A stretch of DNA of 64,000 bases from Phoronis australis (lineage: Eukaryota; Animalia; Phoronida): NCBI GenBank assembly GCA_002633005.1, contig NMRA01000609.1:110977-174976 (forward strand), given 5' to 3'. Below the pieces are notes generated by a model. That model searched no databases. It was given only the letters and a program-made list of their open reading frames with translations, and was not told the origin of the DNA. This document shows, piece after piece, positions 1 to 10,905 of this stretch (its first letter is position 1; every line of letters starts with the position of its first letter). The position numbers and the translations under genes were made by a program.

Positions 1-454
1 TTGCTTTTGGCTAAAAGCAGAAGATAATTTTTTTAATGTATTTTGGCATTTTGTGGGTGGTCGGATTGTGTATCTGTCCTATGGGCTTGTTTAGCATGAC
101 AGCATTCATTTTGGACGTCGTAAAATAACATTAAATTGTTAAGATTAAAACAATAATAATCATTAGACCTGGTCTTTTTTTGACCTGGTCAATCTTAATC
201 ATCTTAACTCCGTAGAAACATGCGATGGGTGCAACACTGTTATGGGAGCACGCCGATTAATCCAAACACATAATTTTGCAAAAATTCCAAATTGCCCCGG
301 GCATGATTACCCGAATCGGAAAACAATCCAGGAACCGCAAAATTTTTTAATGCAATGGAACTGCATTTTCTATTTTTCTTATAGTAGGTCCAAATCACAT
401 CATAATGGTGGCATGTACGTCATCACTAAACATGTGAATTACTGTGTATTTCAG

Positions 455-598
455 GTGAGGTGGTCTGTAGTGGCCATGATCACGGTGGCGTACTCAACCT
501 GGACAAAGAGTTTAACATTAACGTGGACGTTCTCTTCGACATGCTGTTTACCGACTCTGATTTCATGAAAGCCTTTTACAAGGAGCGCAAGACCACAG
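455..598 (+). CDS. GRAMD1B: GRAMD1-like exon, start of VASt domain (EVVCSGHDHGGVLNLDKEFNINVDVLFDMLFTDSDFMKAFYKERKTT)
   Basis: tttcag acceptor, G|gtgag donor, 144 nt, phase 1-1. Confidence 0.9.
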
Positions 599-3500
599 GT
601 GAGATATTGTACTCTACTGACCCTTTCTGTGAATAATTACTGTACTCATTAACTTTGGAAGTTCCTGATCCTTTTCTGTCATTGTCATCAACAAGTTGCA
701 GACTGTGAAGCGTATTTTAATTTTTTTTCAAATTAGACTTGGAATGGCTGATAAGTGAAATTTATGTTTTATCGTCTACAGCACCAAAATTAAATGCTTT
801 TCCGTGTTCAGGTTTGTACAACAGCTACCATTGAACAAAGTTTTTAAAATTTGTTGGCATTCACTACAGCATTAGAAGCCCTTGGGATGTGGAAAAGTTC
901 AGTTTTGGGGGTTATTTTTGTTCAAAATTGGTGTGATTTTACCAAACTTTGTTTTCACAAGAGCATTCTGCTTGATGACCATGGCAAAGCAGTGCAAATT
1001 TTGCAAAAATAAATTTATTACTGGAAAATTCTTTATATCTGTCTAATTGGTGTTCACCAGTAGTTAAGTTGTACCCATGCGTGCTGTATTGTCTACTGGT
1101 TGTAATATTCAAATTTTTGAAGAAATTTACGATCTTCCTCATTTTCTGTGGTGTTCACCAGTTAGAAGGTAGTTAAGTTGTTCCCATGCGTGCTGTATTG
1201 TCTACTGGTTGTAATATTCAAATTTTTGAAGAAATTTACGATCTTCCTCATTTACTGTAAGTTGCTCTTTCCTGGAACACAGGATAATAATCCTTAGTTC
1301 CATACAGATGTGCAGTACCAAATGATACAAATTTGCCATTTAATAATGCCATTTAAAGTCTTCAACTTAACTGGCAATCCACTTTTAAATGGTCATTCAC
1401 ACGTGCACTTGACCCAATTTTAAACGCAGATTAGTTCCATTCAATTGTCCTTGGCCTGCCATTGACACTCAGCAGCTTCTCCTGGCTGTACAGATATCAT
1501 GGCTATACTGTGTCGTACTTTGTGTTGGCCTTATGAATTGAATATGGTGTGACCAGGTCAAGATTGTTGTAGAAAATACAAAATTGTTGGTAGATATTGC
1601 AAAGGGACTTCTGGGAAATGGTCTATTCATGTTGAGTAGCTCACTCACTGTATTTTGCTTTGTTCGGTTCTAACTACAGTAATGGTTTGGTATTCACAAT
1701 TAATGGCAAATTGTGTTCCTCGAGAATTCTACTTGTTGGTCCTTAGCGCGTGTACTATTTGCCTGCATAAATGTCGTCTGCTATTCACTGCTTTCTTGGT
1801 TGCAGACGTTGTAACGTCACCGTGGCAGGCAGAGGAAATGGACAATGCGTCAAAAGGAAGAAGGTTCCGCACGTTATCTTACACGCTCACGTTGGGGGCT
1901 TCATTTGGACCAAAGACGTCGCCGGCGACGGAGAAGCAGGTACGACTCTACAAGGTTTTGACACAGTCTATGCTAATGCTGTGATTGTAATACCTTATTG
2001 GTGGGCATCAAGTTCATTCAATACTTGGTGATTGTTGTCTCTAAGCTTGGGGTTGTTGAATTTCAGTCGTGTAGCTCCGACTGCCATGAGGGTCGCTGTT
2101 ACTATGTTGAATGTCGCTGCCTTAACGACCCGTCGCTACCCTACGGCGAAAACTTCTACTGTGTCAACAACTTCTGCCTAACGCGTGTCTCAGCCAACCG
2201 ATCGAGGTTAAAGGTTCATAGCGAAATCGTTTACATCAAGTCGGTCTGGGGCCTCATTAAAAGTGAGTATAACATCGAGTATGTTGGAGGTTGAACTAGC
2301 TGGTCTTAGTCTGAGCTCCTTTTTCAGATTGCAAACGGGTTGTTAACTCTTTGTCATAATTTGTTAAGGGAGGAGTTTTGTTATCAGTGATTTTTCTCTT
2401 TTCACACTAAAATGTAACTGTTAAACAACTGAAGCATAAAATTACTATGTAAAGAATAGGACTGGTTGTTAAATGTCGGCATTTCTTTGCTGTTTTGCTC
2501 ATTAGACAAAATCCATTACATTGCTGAAGTATCTACAAAATGTGTTACATTGCTAACTATTGACAACATCCGTTACATTTCTAAAGTATTGACAAAAGTT
2601 GTTACATTGCCAAGGTATTCAGAAGCAGGTGTGGCTGAGTACAAGAGTGTACCTTAATGCAAGGTGTCCCCGCTTTGTTTTACAGATATTATAGAGAAAA
2701 ACGTTAACCAGGGAATGACGCAGCATTACAATTCACTCAGTAAGTTTTTACAGTATTTGAAATGTTTCATTTTGTGTAAATGCACATAGTGCATAAAAAT
2801 GGCATTTTACTTAATAACAATATATATAGTTTTTTGCTTTGCATTCATGGTCTTGTATTTGTAAACAAATTTCCAAATGGCTGATTGTTCTCTCTCAATA
2901 CATTGCTGAAATTAAAAAAACTTGCATTGTCCATTAACAGCCACCATACTCAGTTGACCCATTTCTTTATGCTATAACAGGGGCAGCCGTGCAACGTGCA
3001 TCTGACAGTCAAGTCCATAAAGTGTCAGTCACCAAGAAGAGGCTGCGTCGTCGTCATCGGCAAACAAGCTCGCCGGAGAAACCGACGTCTGTGTATCCTG
3101 TACCATCAATCCCATCTGTTCCCCAGGTCACAGAGGACATTCCTAAACAAGGTATGGCTATATTTTCATCTAATTAAAGCGACAGTTATACCTTGTTACT
3201 CAGTGGTCGTGGTGACTACTGTTTATCAGATTTATGTGTCTCGAATTTGTTATCTGGAATAGAAACAAAGTACAATTAATGTCACTTAAAGACCACCTAT
3301 GGGCAGAGCAATTTAGATTCCAAGTCAGTACACTAACCCCTTCTCATCTTGAGGACAACATGTTAGTTACTCGAGCAATTTTGTTTTTTTTTTTTTAAAT
3401 TGGAATTCATATCAACATGTCTATGAATTCATGGGAATTGTACGATATGACACTGATGGTTGATAATAATTCATACATGTATTAATAGTTGATGTAATTT

Positions 3501-6500
3501 ATTATCCAAAGCTTATTATCTTCGACCGTAATAATTTGTATGTAATATCAGTGAGCAATTGATCAAAAAAGGTTTCCCATGAGTGATGCTTTGAGTGATG
3601 AGCCTACTGGTGATCATTTATCAACAGTCATAACTTGAATCCATATCAATCAAAATGATAGAGCCATTCAGGGCTTGGAATTTTCCTTTTTTTAAGGGGT
3701 TTTCTCTTTTTTGGTTTCAGTTTCCTCTTGTTTGGTTTCCAGTTTCCTCTTTTTTCATCTCTTTTTATCATTATTTTGACTTTATTTCCGTTAAATTCCA
3801 CAACACAAAAAATATTTCTGTCACCCGCTTTATTTATTTGTGGAACGATACATCTCTTGGAAAATTTTCCTCTTTTTTTGTCATTTATCATTCCTAGCCG
3901 TGGCCATTGACGTGTGCTGACCAGCTCAATCTCCGTGAAAGTTTGTTCTATACCTTGATTGGTTTGTTTTCCAGCAACACCTTCCTTCTTATTTGGTACC
4001 AACAGCGAAACCCTGGTGCGGCTCATATGTGTTGTGTAAGTTTTCTAGTTGTTGTATTTTGTCACATTTTAACCGTATCTTATCGACACAGTATTGAATT
4101 TACTTGCCTTGACTTGTAAAGTTACTGTCTCCACGTCATGACGCGTCATTTTATGCGCCCAGCATTGTCTCGACGAATAACGAGCTGTCAGTTCTTCGCA
4201 AATCCAGAATTCAGTCATCGGACTAATGAACAAGTAGACGATAATAGTCTGATATAACGTACCTGCATTTTGAGAACCAGCCGTTGCATGTTATTCAATA
4301 TAGAACAATGATTTTGAAAATGCAGACATGTTATCCATGTTTTGACCATTTTTACAGTAGTAAGTGGTCTAATTCAAAACTTTGCTTCTCGGGTGGAAGT
4401 TGTGCGTATATTCGCTTGAAGTTGTTCACGAAGATAGTTGTGAAGTGTGAATACAACAGTTAAACGGTTGAATTTACGTTGGTTACAAGGTACCATTCTT
4501 GTAACAGTACAATTGTTGTATTCGCTATCATGTGTCACGGTGGTCAGAGCTACGATCAGCCTTACAGTATATACTGGTATATGCTGGTACCCTGTACCTA
4601 ATGCTGTAAGGTCTTGGTATGATGTTACATCTTAAATTTCATTCAATGATTTTGTCTTTCAGGTTAATGTGTCTAGTATTGATGAATGCTGTGCTGTTCT
4701 ATAAGTTGTCCTGGCTAGAACAGATGACGAGCTTGGAGCGACCTGATCTTGACCTACTTAAGTAAGGCTTCTTTAAGTTCTGGGTTATCCCCTCAGTAAT
4801 CGTGACTTTGACCACAGATGGCGCGTTCAAAGTCACAATTTTTTGGCATTGAGTAAAAGACACTGTGCATATGTCTACCACTTTTCTTACTTGTCTGTTA
4901 TCGTGAATGGTAATACCTGTAAATTTGGTTTCTTGTTAGGAGCATCTTTCTGAGCCAACTTGTGCCATAAGTTTCACACTGAAATGTAACGAACTGTGCA
5001 TTGGCTTGCTTTTGGCTACGTCACAGCGAGAATCACCGTTTCATTCAAGCAGCTGGGAATAACATCCGTACGCAATGATGTTCTATTCAGACCCACTTAT
5101 TCAATGCAACTATTGCCTGCCTTTTGTTGTTTGTGCTGGAATTTCGCGGTGACGCAACATGGCACAAAAAGACAGCTTCACCTATAATTTGACGGGCTTA
5201 CATTTGCGTGATTGAACTTGCATTTTCTTATTTTGCTAAGGCTTTGCCAGGACTCTGAAATTAAAAAACACTCTTTACTCGTCATCTGTTAGCTGACAGT
5301 GCAGGTTTGTGTTTCAGAGAGTCACCGATGTCTCAAGAAGAATGGCTGGCCATTTTCAAGTCTCAGACGATACTTCATGAGCAAGAGCTGGATAAGTGGA
5401 GACATATCATCGACTCGTCAGTCAGTCTTTTGGATGAGGTGAGTCTAGTGCCTAGCTTCCCCGTTAAAGAAAGTTTGCCGGTCCTGTACAAGTTCATTCT
5501 TATTTTGGAGGGTAATATTGGCTAATGTTACGTTGAGATTTTCTACATTTGATGAATATTCAAGTTCATTCAAGCAGCCTAATCCTTGGCTATGTTATTG
5601 TCACTGCCATCATTAAAAGTTACCATCATTGTGTCCGTATCTCCATATCATCATGATCATTATCACCATCATCACCAGTGTCATCTCTATTGCTGGCTCC
5701 ATCATGTGTCTTAATATTTACCACCATTGTCATTGGTTTTGCCATAAGAACCTACACCACTGTCGCATTCACAGTGGTCGACGTCATCGTCATCCTCGGA
5801 AATATCACTGTCATCACGGTCATTGTCTTCACTTCATCATTGTAAACACCATCATCTCCACCATCACCATCTACATTATCAGCACCGTAATCGCCATCAT
5901 CATCACCACCATTATCATTTTCCTTGTCATCATCATCACCACCATCATTACAATCATCATTGTCATCACTACTGTTATTAATGATCTGCTGAAAGATGCT
6001 ATGTCTCATTAAATTGTGAATATGCAAAAAAGTACTAGTTTCCGAACAACCCCGGGTCTTCTGGTGTGCCGCAAACCATCCGAGAACCAGTTGCCATTGC
6101 AATCTCGCGAAAGTCTCGCCATTTTCATGTAAATGAGTGTGGTAATATGTCATCGTTACCACTATGAAATAACGATAACGTGATATTTGGAATTACTAGG
6201 GTTTTCTATATGGTCACACTTGTTTTGAAGTGTATCAGTTGTAGTGTATTCTTTAAAACCGCATTTGATTTACGAATTGTTTCTTTTCCTGATTATACTT
6301 GTACACACAGTTCTCACAAGGTGGCGCTTGCTACAAATTTAAATATTCATGGATTTATTGAGACATAGCAACCACCACCTCCACCACAACCAGCACAACA
6401 ACTCACTATAACACGACTGTTATTGCATGCTTTCAGATGAAGAAAGTACTAGAAGGGCTCCAGGAAGGTGTACAGAAGAGACAGGATCTCTTGAAGACGT

Positions 6501-6502
6501 GA
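455..6502 (+). CDS. GRAMD1B: GRAMD1/Aster-family (Aster-B-like) ER sterol transporter, 3' part: 9 coding exons 455-598, 1806-1939, 2067-2262, 2686-2739, 2981-3151, 3975-4035, 4663-4761, 5318-5438, 6437-6502
   Basis: All introns are GT-AG with compatible phases (1,1,0,1,1,1,2,2,0). The spliced translation matches recalled GRAMD1 motifs: FNINVDVLFDMLFTDSDF, SPW, RTLSYTLTL..FGPKT, YGENFYCVNNFCLTRVSANRSRLKV, VWGLIKNIIEKN, TM VLMCLVLMNAVLFYKLSWLE, P.SQEEW..I..Q...HEQELDKWRHIIDSSVSLLDEMK. The paralog letter is only nominal for an invertebrate. Confidence 0.93.
1048..1253. repeat. Tandem duplication of about 100 bp in a GRAMD1 intron
   Basis: TGGTGTTCACCAG...GTAGTTAAGTTG...GATCTTCCTCATTT occurs twice, nearly identical. 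Confidence 0.9.
1806..1939 (+). CDS. GRAMD1B: GRAMD1-like exon, VASt (DVVTSPWQAEEMDNASKGRRFRTLSYTLTLGASFGPKTSPATEKQ)
   Basis: ttgcag acceptor, CAG|gtacg donor; lies inside track ORF 1655..1984. Confidence 0.9.
2067..2262 (+). CDS. GRAMD1B: GRAMD1-like exon, VASt (SCSSDCHEGRCYYVEC...LTRVSANRSRLKVHSEIVYIKSVWGLIK)
   Basis: tttcag acceptor, A|gtgagt donor, 196 nt, phase 0-1. Confidence 0.92.
2686..2739 (+). CDS. GRAMD1B: GRAMD1-like exon, VASt C-terminal helix (NIIEKNVNQGMTQHYNSL)
   Basis: tttacag acceptor, A|gtaagt donor, 54 nt; IEKN motif. Confidence 0.9.
2981..3151 (+). CDS. GRAMD1B: GRAMD1-like exon, basic and Pro-rich linker (RAAVQRASD...KKRLRRRHR...EDIPKQ)
   Basis: taacag acceptor, G|gtatgg donor, 171 nt, phase 1-1; polybasic stretch after the VASt domain. 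Confidence 0.85.
3669..3902. mobile_element. MITE with CAGGGCTTGGAAT TIRs (hAT-like), apparent 6-bp TSD GCCATT
   Basis: Left end cagggcttggaat, right end attcctagccgtg; gccatt flanks both sides; body homologous to 9495-9867. Confidence 0.7.
3975..4035 (+). CDS. GRAMD1B: GRAMD1-like exon, start of TM segment (ATPSFLFGTNSETLVRLICV)
   Basis: ttttccag acceptor, GT|gtaagt donor; its 1-2 phases bridge the flanking exons. Confidence 0.82.
4663..4761 (+). CDS. GRAMD1B: GRAMD1-like exon, TM helix (VLMCLVLMNAVLFYKLSWLEQMTSLERPDLDLLK)
   Basis: ctttcag acceptor, AA|gtaagg donor; N.xLFYKL..LE motif. Confidence 0.92.
5318..5438 (+). CDS. GRAMD1B: GRAMD1-like exon, C-terminal amphipathic/coiled-coil region (ESPMSQEEWLAIFKSQTILHEQELDKWRHIIDSSVSLLDE)
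   Basis: gtttcag acceptor, GAG|gtgagt donor; strong match to the recalled GRAMD1 C-terminus. Confidence 0.92.
5600..5975. repeat. Degenerate (CAT/CAC)n trinucleotide repeat, intronic
   Basis: Runs of catcatcaccatc; this repeat produces the low-complexity track ORFs 5629..6012 and 5752..6162. Confidence 0.85.
6437..6502 (+). CDS. GRAMD1B: GRAMD1-like terminal coding exon (MKKVLEGLQEGVQKRQDLLKT*)
   Basis: ctttcag acceptor, phase 0, TGA at 6500-6502. Confidence 0.88.
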   Translation: MKKVLEGLQEGVQKRQDLLKT

Positions 6503-7581
6503 ACCCCATCTCCCCCCTCACTACCACAGCACTTAATGTCCTGTACTGAACTGTTATCGATCGTCCACCTGCTCGGGACTGTTGACCAGTCACGCTGACC
6601 TCAAGGTGTGACCCTTCATGACATAGGTTGAGAGGATACCACAGTCAAGAGGGTGGTGCATAGTTCAAGTGTCTGTCGAAGAATGTCACGGTCTGGAGCA
6701 TTTAATGATCTCGTGTGATTGTTATATGGCACTTATTCAACTTACCTTACAAGCTTTAAAGCATTAGCAGTGATCTTTACTGCCCTGAATTACTTAAAGC
6801 CATGTTATGGTGTTAAAATCATCTGTCTTCACATAATTTATTCTTCTAAGGTATTGCCATCACATTCGTATCATTAGTTTGGATTGATATTGGTTATAAT
6901 AAATTTCTTGGAATTCCACTGGTGGCCACATTGCTTCTGTGGTTGAAACTAACCAGACATGTCAAGCAATGTCAAAGGGATTTTTTTTTTGAAGAAATAA
7001 TGACATGTCAGTTATTTTTAACCCTTAGTAATTTTTTACCTAAAGGAAGAAACATGAAAGCCGATTTTATAGCTTATGATTTCCAACAGAAAGTAAATAT
7101 TTATTATTCTTCATTTAAAGGCAGGGTAATAAATCCCTACTGCACGATTTTTTTCATAAAAAGGAGAATTGAGGAGGTGTTAATGACGCAGCATGAGAGA
7201 AATCATTTAACCTGTAAACAGACAATTGTTGTTAATAGAATTTAATTATGGACAGATTGTTAGTATTTCATTTAATTTGTGTGCCGAGTCTAAAGTCATT
7301 TGGGTAGATGAAAAATTGTTCTGCTAGTCTATTTACACAGTCGTCAAGGTTTCATTTTTGATTAAACAAATGGGCAGGGTAGTACTTGGTTGCTGTGTCT
7401 GTTGTTATGTCCTCAGTCAAGTCAAAGGTATATTTCAACGTGTAAAGTTTTAAATAAATCAGTTGGATGTTTCTGTCACATGTTAATATTTCTCGTTGGT
7501 TGCATGTTGTTGTTTCTTCGTCAGATATAAAGTCACATTTTATTATGCTTTGTAACCTTGAAATATCATTTTTCATTGTCC

Positions 7582-7701
7582 GGTATGTACATTAAAACAT
7601 ACTATTATAATAGCATGTTCAGTATGTACGTTATAACATACTATTAAAATAGCATGTTCAGTATGTAGGTTATAACATACTATTAAAATAGTATGTTCAG
7701 T
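7582..7701. repeat. About 39-bp tandem repeat, 3 copies
   Basis: gtatgtac(g)ttataacatactattaaaatagcatgttca repeated. Confidence 0.9.
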
Positions 7702-7858
7702 TGTTGTGCTAAGCCAAGTGCTTTCAGTACTTACAAAATGTAATTTATTTCATGAAATATTGACATGTCTGCAGTGTTTCTCTTGTGTATATCACAGGGT
7801 TAAAAAAATTAGGTCTAAGTAATTAAGATTTACTCCTGTATGTGTGATGTTGCTACTG

Positions 7859-7981
7859 CCAAGGCACCTGTCCACAGGTGGGGTATGTGCATACTGTTCC
7901 CAAGGCACCTGTCCATAGGTGGGGTATGTGCATACTGTTCCCAAGACACCTGTCCATAGGTGGGGTATGTGCATACTGTTC
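7859..7981. repeat. 42-bp tandem repeat, about 3 copies
   Basis: ccaaggcacctgtccataggtggggtatgtgcatactgttc repeated. Confidence 0.93.
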
Positions 7982-9494
7982 ATAAGCTAACCTATGTTAA
8001 TTAGTTTATTTTTTAAATGTTTCTGACTTTGCCAAAACTATGGCAAAAATCTGATGGAAACCAAGTAACACCATTGGAAAACTGCACTCTGAAATTATAC
8101 CATTTTTCGAACTGCTAGATTTTGCTAAAAGTACCAATGTTGACATCATCTTACCTTCAGTGTTGCAGTTCTTCTGCTGTTCGCTAAGATTTCAGACATT
8201 GCTGCAAGCTGAACAGCGCCCCCTATTAACGCAAATTTTTTTGTTTCCACGCCTCTTCTTTTTGTTTGTTCTTTCACTTTCGTGTCGGTTCTGCCCAGTG
8301 TGTTGCACCTGAAAAAGCATGGTTTTGCTGTCAATACGATAAATTCTCATCAGTTTAGGACACCATATGGCAAACATGAATTTTTTTTCGTTTATTCTGT
8401 AAAAGATACGCAACATCAAATTAATGCTTTTCCATGTTCTGTACCCTAGCTACTGCCAGATATTTTGAAAAAATGTCAGCATTCACAACAACGTTAGATG
8501 CCCTATAAAAATAAAAAGGAAATAATTTAACAATTATTTTTGTCCAATATTGATTGGATTTTACCATATGTGATAATTGCAGTTCTGGAAATTGGAATGC
8601 CACGGTGGCTGTAAAAGACCAGCATGGGTTTTTCTTCTGTCCGATCCCTATTTATAGACTTGCTATTTCTATGAATTACTTACTAACGGAGTCAATCCAC
8701 AGAGATATCAACTCCGTCAAAAAGATATCATGTCTATGAAACCAGGTAGTAACTCTATCGATAGAGATAATAACTCGTATCTATACGCTTATCAACTCAA
8801 TGCAGTTAATAAGTCTACCTATAGAGAAAGTAACTATATCTGTAGAGTTAATAGCTCCATTGATGTAGGCAGGTGTAGGATTAGAAAAAAATTCCCCTGT
8901 TGTGGCCTTCAACAGCTACCATAGAATGCAGGTTGTCTTGTTTGTGAATGTGTTTTGAACACAACACAACACCACACTGTTGTTGGATATTAATGTTGAT
9001 AATTCTTTATAGTATATTAGTTATTCAAGAGTATTATTGTTCAAGTTTATCTCGTAAGTATTACAGACTCGGCCCTTAACAGATTGAAGGGCATATAGTC
9101 AACTTGTGATTTAAATAAAATTTATGATACATGATTTTCATGTTCCTGATTTGTTAAAAACCACGGTTATGGGTTGCTATTTGGGACAATCCTGGACTTT
9201 TTGGGGGACAAAGGGGGCGCTTGGTGCCATAGTCGGGGCACCCAAGAGGTAGCCCGTTAAAACTTGGGATCTCAGTATAGGAGGGATATGGTATTCTAAA
9301 ACCGGAGACGAGTTGTATTTCGAGAGTATGATAAAACCTCGCCAATTTGGGACACAGCATGGCCGACAAGTGAAATTTTATTTCATTCCGTGGAACGTGC
9401 AAATCAAATCTTACCTCGTAGAATTACCCGTTATTTCGCACGACTGGTCGTCAGTTTGAGCGATAGGATGTGACTTGTACTGCAGCACAAATTT

Positions 9495-9867
9495 CAGGGC
9501 TTGGAATTTTCCTCTTCCTATTTTGGTTTCAATTTCTTCTTATTCGATCATTTCCTGTTTTTCATTTCTTTTTTATCATTCTTATGGCTTTATTCATCCA
9601 AAAAATGTTACTTGCATTTAAGTTATACAACACAAAAAATATTTCTATCACTTGTTTACTTATTCAGGGGCGGATACAGGATTTTGAGTTAGAGGGGGCC
9701 AGGGCAGAGTATTAGGCAGGATTTTGCCCGTCAGACATTCGCACCCCCGAACTGCCAAATGGAGTCTGGGAGAATTTTAAGGGGGGCCATGCCCCCCCTC
9801 TAAATCCGCCAGTGGATATATCACCTGAAAAATTTACCCTTTTTGTCATTGGTTACTCCAAGCCCTA
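9495..9867. mobile_element. Second CAGGGCTTGGA-TIR MITE, carrying a nested insertion
   Basis: cagggcttgga ... tccaagcccta; body aligns with 3669-3902 on both sides of the insertion at 9665-9814. Confidence 0.75.
9665..9814. mobile_element. Nested MITE with CAG(G/T)GGCGGAT TIRs
   Basis: caggggcggatac ... aaatccgccagtg; absent from the homologous copy at 3669-3902; related ends at 38320, 39184 and 41692. Confidence 0.75.
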
Positions 9868-10683
9868 GTTTTCCGTACTCAGTCATCTTCTGTAAAAATG
9901 ATGTGAATTATTAAAAATGAAACAGTTATTCATGCCTTATCAGAAATTCCCTGAGGAAACGAAATTCTGCCGGTCCTATCGGACGTATTCTTAAATCTGT
10001 GGCACCCTTTGGGTCTTAATTTCAACTCCATTACAATTTTACCCGACTTCTACTTTCAGTGGTATTATGGAGGGAGTGCCGGAGGGAGAGAGAGAGAGAG
10101 AGGAGGAGGGGGTCTAAAGAGACCGGGCAGACCCGGACGTGGGCTGGCACAACTCTGTGATATTGGGAAGATCAGTGTTTCTGGATTTTATTACTTATGA
10201 AGCAGTTGGGAATGTGACAAACTTGATCGTAGTTGGTTATTATGAAATTGATTATAAGCCGAGAGAGTGCGTAGAGAACTTTTTATCTTATTTAGAACGT
10301 AGATTGGTATTTTGTTGCATTTTCTATAGTCTGTGATGTAACTAAGATGAGGGATTGCAAATATCATACACGTTGTCAATGATAATTAGTTGGGTGGGCG
10401 ATAATATTTTTGGGTTGTATTTCTGAAATGCTGGCGGAGTTGGATTCAAGCACGTGGGAGTTCTGTATAACAGGTCTAGTTATATGCTTGATACAGAGAG
10501 GTCGCTAGTGTACAACTTGAGTCAAGGTACCTGATTACTGATTGAGGAATCAGTGTATGCGTGCCTTGATTGATGATAGTCGTAAGAGGTTTGATTACAT
10601 AGGGACTGCTTAGTTTAATAATTCTTTGTGATAATTAGTCGTGAACAGTGCTTTGTTTCGCGTCAACGTCCCTTATAATATCT

Positions 10684-10829
10684 CATGGGCGGCGCACCAT
10701 AGGGGCTTAGGGGACTATAGCCCGGCCCCCTACTTTTTCAGTGCTGTGCCGCCCATGGTGTATGGGCGGTGCACCATAGGGGGGCTGGGGCTTTAGCCCC
10801 CCCCCCCTTCCCACACACACACACACACG

Positions 10830-10861
<32 letters not shown>

Positions 10862-10905
10862 CACACACACAAACACACACTTTTTTCAGTGATGCTCCGG
10901 CCATG
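10684..10905. mobile_element. Two adjacent short MITEs with CATGGGCGG TIRs (10684-10757, 10761-10905); the second contains a (CA)n expansion
   Basis: catgggcggc...gccgcccatg; shared body gcaccataggggg...tagcccc...actttttcagtg; third copy at 13460-13521. Confidence 0.8.
10813..10880. repeat. (CA)n microsatellite
   Basis: Seen directly in the sequence. Confidence 0.97.

Noticed and set aside
3898-3974. Alternative upstream acceptor (ttcctag) for the TM-start exon
   Set aside because: It adds 77 nt, which shifts the frame, and the AG comes from the MITE end.
3646-4026. Lys-rich 126-aa minus-strand ORF
   Set aside because: Antisense reading of a T-rich MITE plus a GRAMD1 exon.
5629-6162. Ile/Thr/His-rich and Asp-rich ORFs
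   Set aside because: Translations of the intronic (CAT)n repeat between two GRAMD1 exons.
7582-7981. Regularly spaced 39-42 bp repeats as a CRISPR-like array
   Set aside because: Head-to-tail tandem units with no unique spacers; eukaryotic context and no cas genes.
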